Both the position numbers and the translations under genes were made by a program. From the NCBI GenBank assembly GCA_010909165.1, contig MU008155.1:806001-870000 (forward strand): a stretch of 64,000 bases of DNA, written 5' to 3'. This document shows, one piece after another, positions 28,401-39,792 of the stretch. The stretch comes from Anthoceros angustus (Eukaryota > Plantae > Anthocerotophyta). Position 1 is the stretch's first letter, and each line of letters starts with the position of its first letter. Below the pieces are notes generated by a model that worked only from the letters and a program-made list of their open reading frames with translations, made no database searches and was not told the DNA's origin.

Positions 28401-30472
28401 GCACGTCAAAGCCATGGTTTTCTAAGCTTTATTAATCTTGGTTTCCTTGGTGCAGATATCATGTGAGGAGAAGGCTGCTCTTGACAGGAACTCCCATTCA
28501 GAATAGCCTTCAAGAGTTATGGTCTCTTCTGAACTTCCTCCTGCCTGCCATATTCAACTCCAGTGCCAACTTTGAGGACTGGTTTAATGCGCCATTTGCA
28601 GACCGATCGGATATGTCTCTTACAGAGGAGGAACAGCTTCTTGTAATTCGCCGCTTACACCAGGTGAACAATCGTTCTGGATGTTGACTCTCAAGATCTT
28701 CTGTGGAGCTGCTGCTCGTTTACTGAAAAGTGGAAGTTTTTAATTAGGTTATTCGTCCTTTCCTATTGAGACGGAAGAAAGCAGAGGTTGAGAAGTTTTT
28801 GCCTAAGAAGAGTCAGGTTATCTTAAAATGTGATCTATCGACGTGGCAACGCATATACTACCAGCAAATCATTGACTCTGGGCGGGTTGGTTTGGATTCT
28901 GGTAAGATTTCAGCAATTCAATGTCAAGTAAATGATATATACAGTTTAGAGAGGTGGCTTGTCCTTGCAGGAATATGGTTATCTGCTGCTGATTCCTATA
29001 ACTACTCTATCTGGTTCAGATTCTGGAAGGTCAAAGGGGCTTCTAAACACTGCTATGCAGTTGAGGAAGTGCTGCAACCATCCTTTCCTATTCCTATCTG
29101 ATTATGACCCTAAACTGCGGGATGAGATTGTGCGATCTTCTGGGAAGTTTGAGCTGTTGGATAGGTTACTACCAAAGCTGAGAGCCACTGGTCACAGAGT
29201 TCTCTTATTTTCCCAAATGACTCGGTTGATGGATATTCTTGAGGAGTATTTGGAGTGGAATGGTTACAAGTACATGAGACTTGATGGAATGACTAAAACA
29301 GAGGATCGCGGTCCACTGCTGAGCCAGTTCAATGCACCAAACTCGCCTTATTTTATGTTCCTTCTTAGCACTCGAGCTGGAGGTCTTGGTCTCAACTTGC
29401 AAAGTGCTGATACAGTGATACTTTACGACATCGATTGGAACCCTCAGATGGATCAGCAGGCAGAAGACAGAGCACATCGCATTGGACAAAAAAAGGAGGT
29501 GCGGGTGTTTGTTTTGATAAGTGCTGGCACAATTGAAGAAGAAATATTGGAGCGAGCAAAATCCAAAATGGGGATTGATGCAAAAGTCATCCAAGCTGGC
29601 CTCTTCAACACGACTTCCACAGGTGAACAACAGCTGTACAGCACAGAATAGGATTTGCATTGTTTATGCAGTTTTCCCCCTCTCTCAATTGTCCTCATCT
29701 ATTGCTTTCTGCAGCTCAAGAGAGGCGAGATATGCTTGAGGAAGTAATGCGGAGGGGAGGTGATGCTTTGGGTGCGGATGTTCCAAGTGAGAGAGAAATT
29801 AATCGTCTAGCTGCTCGATCCGATGAAGAATTTGAGATATTTGAAAGGATGGATGCTGAAAGACGCAAGGCCGAGGGTTATCGCTCCAGGCTGATGGAAG
29901 AGCATGAGGTTCCGGAGTGGGTGTTCTTGCAACCTGACAAGACAAAGTTGGCGCAAGGTATTGAAGCTAATGGTGATCCAGGGAAGAGGTTGAGGAAGGA
30001 AGTACTCTACACTGATGTTCTCAGTGATTCTCAGTGGTTGAAAGCTATAGAAGAAGGGGACGATGTTTCTGAAGCTGTGAAAGCACAACTAACAAAGAGA
30101 AAGGAAAATAAAGCAAGGGCATCTGCAGTAGGTGACAGCTATGGCATTGCGAGCCCTGATGTTGATGACTCTATGGAATGGGTGGAAGCCAATAGGTCCA
30201 AGGAGGTACAATTGAAGAGGAAAAGGCCTACTGTGCCTGATCCGGAGGAGAATCAGATAAAAAAGCTGAAGATTCACAAGCGAGATGTCGGACAGGGTGT
30301 TTCACGTCCGCTGGATGATTCGCCAGAAGAAAGATTGCCCAAGATCCTTCTCAAGAAGGTGAAAACAGAAAATTGGCTTGGGTCAAGGGGCAAGAGATCT
30401 AAGAAGGGCCAGAATGGACCTGATGACCAAAGCAACGGCACTGATGACGAGCCCTCAAGCCAGCTTTCTTGA
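25496..30472 (+). CDS. CHR12: SNF2-family chromatin-remodelling ATPase, CHR12/CHR23 (MINU) type, multi-exon
   Basis: N-terminal [17 protein letters not shown]/post-HSA ([27 protein letters not shown]), [81 protein letters not shown] and the SnAC region [14 protein letters not shown]. No bromodomain. Confidence 0.92.
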
Positions 30473-31417
30473 GTCTGTTGGTAGGTACATTCTTGTATCA
30501 TAATTGATTGGCAAAAGGTTGCCGACTTCATTTGCTGATAGTACCTCCTCATCGGTAGTCCCAATTGATCCTTTGGCGGGCTCAGCGGAATGTATACAGC
30601 AGAATGTATACGTGGCTGGCACGCGGCTCATCACCCTATTTGCTCTCAGCGCAAGAGGCCCACTGAAAAACTGTGTGTGGCCTCTAGCGGTGATGAAGTT
30701 TCATCAAAGTGAAGAAGTTTAATTAAATATCAAATCATTTTCCTGCCTTCTAGTGTCTTGGGTATTACCAATATAAGTTGCCTTCATGCTTTCGTGAACT
30801 GTGACCAAGGTCATCAACCCAATGGTTGGGCCTGACTCCCGTTGCCCCTTGAATTGAATCAGCGGCGGGTGGGAATCATGCAACTTCCATCACCAGGAAG
30901 TGATGATGCCGCACTTTCTTGAGGTTGGCTTTGGCGTAGGAGGAAAGTGCTGTCCATCAGTGCCCCGCCATGCGTGCCTGGCATCATATTCTCCAGAGCA
31001 ACAACCCAATTGGCCTTATCCGGTTTTAGATGAGTAAAGAGAACCCCCAACTGCCGTCTACCAGCTGTGGACCTGTGGTTCCCCTCGGGGCCGGAAAGGG
31101 ATGGGAACTGGAAACACAAATGTGATAACGGTTCACATCCCGCTGTTTGTATGGTGGTGACGGTCCATTCGAGGAATGCTGCTCAGCAGGACGTGTTGCG
31201 CGCTTCTGACTAATCGGTCCATCAAACGTACAATCTTCTCTGAACCGCAAGCCGTTAATGTGCTGCTTCTTCTGCTGTGTACTGCATGAGCTGTTTTTTG
31301 CGGTAAGGTGTAATCAGTCAGCTAGACTTTGGCATGGGTCGGTGCGGAAGACATTTCTCCGGCTTCTACTCTCGCTTCTGCTGCATGTCGTAGTCCCACG
31401 ATATTCAAGTGGTTCGT

Positions 31418-33449
31418 ATGGGTGCAGGGGTACCACCCCCACGGTATCTCAGGCTGTACGCAACGATGGCAGTCCAGGACGATTCCACTTATCTGAGGAA
31501 TGTCATGGAGATAGTTCCAGGCAAAACGAACGTAGGGTAAAGGTCCAGTCCTTGTATCTCGTCCTCTGGAGCTGCAACTGGGTGTCTCCCCTCCATCTCC
31601 ATCAGGAACAGCAGACTGCGGATTGGCCCTGAACTTGTAGGCATCAGCTGAACAGACCCTTTGATGCAGATGGGTAGGCACGGGAGTGATGGGACAAGCT
31701 ATGTGTGGTCACTTACAAGCAGCTGGCTACAATGTGACTGTTTTCAATCGAACAGCCAGGTGTGGTGTCAAATTATAACGCATCACTTAAACTCAGCAGG
31801 GTGAGATGTTTTGTCATGAGATCTTTTGGTATTGCACACCAGGAAGGCTGAAGTTTTGGTCAGCAAAGGAGCAACTTTAGTGAACTCACCGAAAGTTGTG
31901 GCTGAGAGGAGCGACATTGTGTTCACCATTGTTGGGTACAGCAAGCTGGTCTCTAGTTGTGCACTGTTCAGAGAAGTGCATTTCTACCATCTCTTACAGT
32001 TCTCTCACGACTTATTCCTTCTGCAGCTACCCCTCAGATGTACGAGATGTGATACTTGGAGAAGATGGCATTTTGCAAGGGCTTCGACCCGGTGGGATTG
32101 TAAGTCCGCCGAATCTGGATCATGTTTTCATAAGATCCTTTTGGTGTGAACATCTCATATGACCAGCTGTTTCCCCTATTAAAGGATTGGTACATGCTGT
32201 GTTGTCGTTTGTAGATCGTGGATATGACAACAAGTGAACCTTCACTTGCTCGTCAAATTTTTGCTGCAGCTCAGGAAAAGTAAGGGTTTCGCTGCAGTAC
32301 CTCTCTTTGTTGATGCAGAGCGATGAGACCCTGCTTCATGCGTTTTACATGTGACTTTCATGGAAGGGGGTGCGATGCAGTGGATGCACCAGTATCTGGA
32401 GGGGACAAAGGAGCTAAGGGGGGTACTTTGGCCATCATGGCTGGCGGCCGCCAGGAAACAGTGAGCATCAATGTCATCAATTTAGGAAAGGGTCAAACAC
32501 TGTTGCATGTGTGAATCTCTAGATCTCGTGTGTCGGCTACAGGTCAAAGCACTGGGACCACTCTTTCAATGTCTGGGCACACCCACATATCTAGGCCCAG
32601 CAGGATCAGGCCAAAGCTGCAAATTAGCAAATCAGGTGCTGGTGTTGAAATTCCGTTAGTGATGCACATCCTGGATCTGCATTTTTCTAGTTGGAAAGCT
32701 GTGTCTCATGAAGGTTATATCGAGACTGTTTCAGATAACAATTGCCTCAACAATGGTGGGGCTGGTTGAGGTGGGTAACAACCAACTAGATTTTCTCACT
32801 TTGAATAGTCTTCTGGATTTTGTGACCATTTGAGATAACGAAGCGGAGAAACTGATATTGCAGGGAATGCTATTTGCTCACAAGGCTGGACTTGATGTCA
32901 CCACGTGAGTGCGTTATCTTCTTTAAGGACATTAGGAGATCCATTTCAGACTAGGCACCCTAAACCATGCATGGGGGTTCGGACGCCTTGCTGACAGGTA
33001 TCTGCAAGCAATATCTGGTGGAGCTGCTGGTTCCAAGTCTTTAGAGCTGTACAGCGGACGAATTCAGAGTCGGGACTTTGCTCCAGGTGACTGGGCTGTG
33101 TGAGTGTTTTGCCTGTTTGCAACTCCCGCCTACTACAAGTATGAAGCTGACTCATTTCTCTGTGGCAGGGTTCTACGTAAAACACTTTGTGAAAGATTTG
33201 GGCATCTCCCTGGAAGAGTGCCGTCAGATGGGGATCTCACTACCTGGGCTTGCCTTGGTTATTTTCTCACTCAGCACCCTCATTTCTGTCTTACAGTTGT
33301 CGTATCGGAAATCAATTCTGAGCAACGTTTGATTGCAGGCACAGCAGCTGTATGTTTCATTGCAAGCCTTCGGTGAGGGCGATTTGGGCACCCAAGCTCT
33401 GGTACTATCTCTCGAACGCCTGAACAACACGACACTGCCCAAAATTTAG
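31418..33449 (+). CDS. 3-hydroxyisobutyrate/6-phosphogluconate dehydrogenase-family protein (At4g29120-like), multi-exon
   Basis: Exon 1 [18 protein letters not shown]...IVPGKTNVG is spliced to [15 protein letters not shown]...VFNRT, followed by [15 protein letters not shown], catalytic [28 protein letters not shown] and [14 protein letters not shown] introns restore the frame. Confidence 0.9.
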
Positions 33450-34952
33450 CTAGTACCTCTTCTTTCTGTCCGGTCTCCAGATCTGTCTACTTACTTACAC
33501 CAGCCCTATGCCCAACATGATCCACTACCTTGACGCCAGAGAAGAACATGAACCATAACTGGTGGACAAATCGTGGCGGAAGGCATGTGGTTGTCATATA
33601 AGAAATTTGAGATGATCAGTAAAAACGTTTGAATCCTCGGAGCTCACCTGTTTGGATCAGCCCATCGTCGGCCTTGGTTAAAATCTCCAGTAGTTAACCT
33701 CAAAACGACTGGGCCTTCTGGCCATTTTCTTTTATAGAAATTCGCGGGAAATTATTCTTAGCCTTTTTTGGGTTGCATTCAATGGTTTTTAATTATGGAA
33801 AATATAAAACATGCTCCTACAAGCTCTCACTCGCCTGTTTTGAATTGAACAGGAGCGGTTCCCCAGCAAACTAGGTACTCAATTTGAGTAGGTCCGTCGT
33901 CCTGGAGTTAATGTCGACATGCACTGCCATATCTTGACAATCATACGACACCCACGCATCACCTCTTCATTCCTCTAGGGTTGTAAGGCTCTGAGTCTCG
34001 GAGTCTTGTAGCGTAGAAGCGTCGCATCTTTTAGGGTTGTGGGCTGAGAAGCGTCGACTCTTGTTGCGTCAGGGGTTCCCGAAGGGGGGGCCTTTGGAGT
34101 AGGGCTCGTTCGGACGCTCTGCTCTGCCTCTTGCCTGCTTGTGGACATCTTCAGCTGCCCGGGGTGGTGCTGGAGTTTGACGATGAGGAGGCTTAGGTTT
34201 TTTGCAGCTCAGGATTTTCCTTTGTAGGTTAGGGTTCTCGTGTGACTTAGGCTTTCAAGTTATCGGCTTGTCTGCGCCTTGCCTGTCGATGTATGTATCA
34301 AAAGAAACTACTGATGTCCCTGCGGACAGATGTGGAAACTTGTTGCTGACTGCAATCTCCTGTGTGGTGTGGAATATGTTATGTCCGTTTGCTTATGCAT
34401 GGAACCTTAACGTCGCCGTGTGGTGGAAGGGGCTTGCTGGCCGGTGATGAATTGTGATCTTACCTACATTGCCTGAACCGCTATGTGGAGAACACCATGG
34501 ATTACTGAGGCCTTGTCGAAGCTGTTGCGTGAAGTGTGTGATATCTGTGGTGCAGACCGGAGGCAATGATGATTGTTGTCTTACCTATTTTGTGAGAGCG
34601 TATATCTGTGATCACTACCAACCAATAGATCCTCCTGAGCCTCCGGTCGTGAACTACTGCTCGAGTCCGTCTGCGTAGTCTGATCCTGGAGTATTTTATT
34701 CCTTCGTGCTGGTCAAGGCTGTGGACGTGCCATAATTGTAACTGATTTTCATTGACGCGGATAAATTACCGCAGTAACCGAATCTTATGATTCACTTTTC
34801 TGCAACCGTGCAATCCGTGAGTTTGCTGCACTCGCCTCTCGTGTTTCATGCCTCTTTGTCCTGTTGATAGCCGGAAGGGGACCTCCAAGGCTTGGACGCA
34901 GCACTTGTGCAGGGGAGCTTTATACGGTCGGTTACAAAGCCGGCATCCTGTG

Positions 34953-35987
34953 ATGCCGCACATCCGAGTCCACCTGTTCGCCGGATTTCCCTTGCTTATC
35001 TTCCTCCTGCTCTCGACACGGGCCATTTCAGCGTTCCATTTGGTCTCCAAGGCGAAGCCGAGTGCCGTGGAAGAGGAGGTGCTGTATCCCACGGTTGAAG
35101 TGCTGAATGGAGCAGATACTGTGTGGCAGGTTCCCGAACATTGCAAGGCAGTGCTGTTTATAGCGCATCCCAGCGGCGCCGACCCTTTCAGGTTCTGGGA
35201 TCCCCACCCTAGGTGCCCCCAGTGCACGGGCTACCCGGAGCATCGGGCTCTGGTTCAGGCTGCCTTGTCGTGGGGATACGCGGTCATTGCAATCGGCAGC
35301 TTGGAGCATGAATGGCAGTACCGGGACCTGGACAGCTCGCGGGATTTCCAAAATGTGGAGTCCATTTTAGGGAGCTGGACTGTTGAGCGCGGGTTGGAGA
35401 AGCTTCCTCTTACCGCCCTGGGGATTTCCCTAGGCGGGATTTTCTTGGCTGCAGCTGCTGATCGGGTCGCCTTCGACGCGGTGGGGCTGATGATCTCGTC
35501 CGGTTTGGAGGGAGGCTTCCGGGGCGTGGGCTCCTTCCCGCCCGTTCTCTTTCTGCACATGCCTAAGGACTGGAGGATCCAGCCTGCGGTGGCGGCAGCA
35601 GTAGGAGAGCTGCAGGCCCAGGGCATTCCGGCTGCGGCAGTCGAGTGCCTGGAGTTTCCTGTCCACGCAGGTCTGTTCGCTGAACGGATTCATGAGATTG
35701 ATGGGGAGCAGTCTGCGAAGATTCGAGTTGCGTTGCAGGATGTGGGAGTTCTGGACGGTGCAGGGTATGTGGTGGATGTCTACACGCAGAGAGACTGGAG
35801 GAGCGTTGTGAGGGAGGTGGTGAGAGAGATATCATCGGAACTGGAGCTTACTGTGGAGCGCATTGCACAGGAACTGAATCTTGCCTATGCCTTTCATGCC
35901 ACAACTAGCTTGAAATCACGCGAGCTGTTTCAGTGGTTGGACTCGAAAGGGCAGATGCTTTCCCAGCTGGAAGAGGAACTGAGGTAG
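34953..35987 (+). CDS. Uncharacterised plant alpha/beta-hydrolase-fold protein with N-terminal signal/TM segment, single exon
   Basis: Open 344-codon ORF with a hydrophobic N-terminus (FAGFPLLIFLLLS), a GxSxG-like GISLGG, PPVLFLHMPKD and a C-terminal ELNLAYAFH. An upstream ATG lies at 34848. Confidence 0.75.
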   Translation: MPHIRVHLFAGFPLLIFLLLSTRAISAFHLVSKAKPSAVEEEVLYPTVEVLNGADTVWQVPEHCKAVLFIAHPSGADPFRFWDPHPRCPQCTGYPEHRALVQAALSWGYAVIAIGSLEHEWQYRDLDSSRDFQNVESILGSWTVERGLEKLPLTALGISLGGIFLAAAADRVAFDAVGLMISSGLEGGFRGVGSFPPVLFLHMPKDWRIQPAVAAAVGELQAQGIPAAAVECLEFPVHAGLFAERIHEIDGEQSAKIRVALQDVGVLDGAGYVVDVYTQRDWRSVVREVVREISSELELTVERIAQELNLAYAFHATTSLKSRELFQWLDSKGQMLSQLEEELR

Positions 35988-36054
35988 ATCGGTATGCGCT
36001 GTGACCACAATGGTGGATGCACAGGCGCAGGGACAAGATCGAACCTGTGCTCAG

Positions 36055-37157
36055 TTACACAGCTTTTTTCACCTCCTGCAGCGTCTTCTTGTCACGCAAC
36101 CCGAACATCTCTTCGAATAAGTACTCCCGCAGCCAGGACGGAGCGTAATAGAGGACGTAGAAGAGTGTCGAAAGGTGTCCAAAAACCAAGGTTCTGGGAC
36201 TGTTCGTTTTTTGGACAGCTTCAAGGATTTTCCGAGCCAAATCCGCACTCGGTGTTGATTTTGGTGACTGAGAGCCGACAGCCCGCTTTTCAATGACAGG
36301 GTCATACGGCTGGTACAGCTTCAATCCAGGCAGATTTTGTTTCGACCTGATTGCCTGCTTTCCTATGTTGGAAATGATGGCCCCTGGTGCAACGAGGATG
36401 ACTTGTATGTCGAACGGTTTCAGCTCCAACCTGTGACACCAGGAACTAATCAGAGGTTCTGGAAATGCGTTCATGTTCAGGTTTTCACATCAACAACCGT
36501 AGAGTACCTCAAAGTCTCGGTGAGAGAGTGCACTGCTGCTTTGGTCGACGCATATACACCTGCCCAGGGGGCAGGACAAAAGGCAGAGATGCTACCTATG
36601 TTCACAATCTTCCCTTTCCGTCTGGCTGCCATGTGCGGCACCACTGCTCGAATGAGGGATAGTGGACCTGCATGGTGGTGGATCAGGACAACCAATCTAT
36701 CTTGCGACAAATAATTGCAGCAGAGGCAAGGTATACATATGCCAGTGCAACAGCTTGTCCGCATATTGCTCGAAGAAACAGGCACTAGTTTCGAAACACA
36801 ACCTGGAGAAGAGGTATGTTGTCACCTACCAAACACATTGGTCTTGTAGCACCTCTCCAGCATGTCGTGGGGAACCTCAGCAAGAGGCCCGATGCACTGT
36901 GTCCCAGCATTGTTAATGAGCACATCTATGTGCCCAAACTTGGCCGCCACAGCTTCCACCGTCTCCTCAATCACAGCCTGTTCTGCAGTCACATCAAGCT
37001 GGAGCAACTCCACGTCTGGATACTGCTCCAACGTCGTCATCCATTCCACGGAGAGGTCAGTTGCCACAACCTTGAAGCCTGCAGCTGCAAACACGAGGGC
37101 CAGGGCATTGCCGATGCCACCGTCTGAGCACCCCGTGATCAGCACAACCTCCTTCAT
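36055..37157 (-). CDS. Short-chain dehydrogenase/reductase (At5g10050/AYR1-like), copy 1, 3 exons
   Basis: Exons 37157-36830, 36667-36508 and 36430-36055. Motifs [17 protein letters not shown] and YASTK. Intact frame, GT-AG introns. Confidence 0.93.
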
Positions 37158-37349
37158 CACGTCGATCGTGTGGTAGCTGGCCAAGCCGCACTCGGGTTGC
37201 AATTAGGTGGGTTCAATTAGGTGTTTATGTACACGAAGGCAAGAACTATCCGCACCTACAAAGTGGATCCTCTTCTCACTGGCCCGCGAATATTCCGTGA
37301 AGTGCCAGAGTCATGGCGCTGACAAGTGTCCTCACCTCCGCTCATTCTG

Positions 37350-38180
37350 TAGATTCAGCTGGCTCATATGAGTGGAAAAGTATCAGTCCCACAGGCATCT
37401 CAAGCTGTACGCAACGATGGCAGCCCAGGAGGATTCCACTTATCTGAGGAATGTGAGAAGCGATTTCCTGGCAAAACGAAAGTCCCTAGGGTAATTACAG
37501 ATCCAGTCCGTGAACATCTCCTACTGGAGCTGCAACTGGGTGTCTCTTTTCCTCCCTCCAATTCCATCAGGACCACCAGACTGCCGAACTGGTAGGGAGA
37601 AGCTGATGAACTTGAATGCAAATGAATAGGCAAGGAGTGATGGAACTTTCACAAGCAGCTGGCTACAATGAAACCCTTGTCCATCGTATAGCCAGGTACG
37701 ATGGAGAAGGTCTAATTATAGCTCACGACGTAGGTGAGCAGGATTCACGTCGGATGTTGTGTGTCATGAGCAATGGCACCACTTTGGTACACTCACAGGA
37801 AGTTGTGGCTGAGAGGAGCAACACTGTTATCACCATTGTCGGGAACAGCAAGCTCGTGTCTCCATTTCCGTGGTTTAGGACGTACATTTCACCATTTCCT
37901 ACGTTTCTCTTACCACTGATTCCTTCTGCAGCTACCCATCAGAAAATCTACGAGCTATTATACTCCGAGAGAATGAGCATTTTGCAAGGTGTTCCACCTG
38001 GTATGTCCCCCGAATCTGGATCATGTTCTCCTGAGATCCTTTATGGTGTTGAGGGAACGGTGGGGAGGCGGGGAAGAGGGAGGCTACTTTGGCCCTCATT
38101 GTTGGTGGCCGCCAAGAAGCAGTGAGCTTCCATCTCATCACTTTAGAAAGGCTCAAGTCCTGTTGCACGTCTGAAAGCTG
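37350..38180 (+). pseudogene. Truncated, frameshifted duplicate of the HIBADH-like gene (5' half)
   Basis: Clear nucleotide homology to 31410-32515 (e.g. gctgtacgcaacgatggcag...ttccacttatctgaggaatgt, aagttgtggctgagaggagc, tactttggcc...ggccgcca). Internal deletions and lost splice sites. Confidence 0.88.
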
Positions 38181-38184
38181 AGGC

Positions 38185-38624
38185 ATCGTCCCGGCTGCAG
38201 CTGCTGACCGGATTGTTCAACGGGGCGGGGCTCATGAACTCGTCCTGCAGCATCCTTGCTGCAGGGTCAGGGCATTCCGGCCGCTGCAATTGAGTGAATG
38301 GATTTCGCGCTCCAATCAGGTCTATTCTCTGGAGACGATTTCATGAGATAGATGAGGAGCAGGTCGCGTTGCGTTGCAGGATGTGGGAGTGGATGTCTAT
38401 GCGCGGGGACTGGAGGAACGTTTGCTAGGGAGCTGGTGAAAGCGACTTCACATGAACTGGAGCTTACATTGGAGCGCATAGCACAGGAACTGAATGTTGG
38501 CCTACGCCTTTCATGCCACAACAAGCTTGAAGTCGCGCTAGCTGTTTCAGGGATTGGAAGTCAAAGGGCGGATGCTTTCCCAGCTGGAAGAGGAACTGAG
38601 TGCTCACAGCACGATGCAGACTAA
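38185..38624 (+). pseudogene. Degenerate 3' fragment of the alpha/beta-hydrolase duplicate
   Basis: Homologous to 35445-35990 (ggctgcagctgctga, ggcattccggc, ttgcgttgcaggatgtgggagt, ELELTLERIAQELN). Frameshifted, 5' part missing. Confidence 0.88.
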
Positions 38625-38649
38625 ACGACAGGATCGCAGCAGTGCCCAG

Positions 38650-39792
38650 TTATACAGCTTTTTTCACCTCCTCTAGCGTCTTCTTGTCATGCAACCCGAA
38701 CATCTTCGCGAACAAGTACTCCCGCAGCCAGGAAGGAGCGTAGTAGAGGACGTAGAAGATGGTTGAAAGATGGCCGAACACCAGGTTGCGGGGACTGTTC
38801 TTTTTCAGGACCGCTTCGAGGGTCTTCCGAGCCAATTCCGCACTTGGTGTTGATTTCGATGATTGAGAGATGACTGCCCGTTTGTGAATAACTGGATCAT
38901 ACGGTTGGAACAGCTTCAATCCTGGCAGACTCTCTTTTGACCTGATTGCCTGCTTTCCCATGTTGGAAGTGATGGCCCCTGGTGCAACGAGGATGACCTG
39001 TATGCCGAACGGTTGCAGCTCCAACCTGTGATACCAGGAACAGGTCAGGGTCAAGAAACGCGTGCATGCACAGGTTTTAACATGGACAACCTGCATGCAG
39101 AGTACCTCAGTGTCTCGGTAAGAGAATGCAGTGCGGCTTTGGAGGACGCATAAACCCCTGCCCAGGGGGCAGGACAAAAGGCAGTGATGCTACCGACGTT
39201 CACAATCTTCCCTTTCCGTCTGGCTGCCATATGCGGCACCACTGCTTGAATGAGGGATAGTGGACCTGCAAGGAGGCGGATCAGATCGTCACACCAGCAC
39301 CAGGACTGGCACTCTATCTGGCAACAATTGCAATTGCAAGCAGAGACAAAGGTAGGCATATCCTATCCCAGTGCAACCGCATGTCCACTAATTTGCCCTA
39401 GACACTTCTTCCTTCTCAGCTAGTACCCAAACACAGGCGAAGGAAGATGCATGTAGTCACCCACCAAACACGTTGGTCTTGTAGCACCTCTCCAGCATGT
39501 CTTGCGGAACCTCAGCCAGAGGCCCGATACACTGTGTCCCAGCATTGTTTATGAGCACATCTATGTGCCCAAACTTGGTCACCACAGATTCCACCGTCTC
39601 CTCGATCACAGCCTGCTCTGCAATCACATCCAGCTGGAGCAACTCCACGTCCGGATGCTGCTCCAACGACTTCATCGATTCCAGGGAGCGGGCGGTTGCC
39701 ACAACCTTGAAGCCTGCATCTGCAAACACTAGAGCCAGGGCATGGCCGATGCCACCGTCTGAGCACCCCGTGATCACCACAACCTCCTTCAT
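38650..39792 (-). CDS. Short-chain dehydrogenase/reductase (At5g10050/AYR1-like), copy 2, 3 exons
   Basis: Exons 39792-39465, 39265-39106 and 39025-38650, with the same intron positions as copy 1. Motifs [17 protein letters not shown] and YASSK. Intact. Confidence 0.93.
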
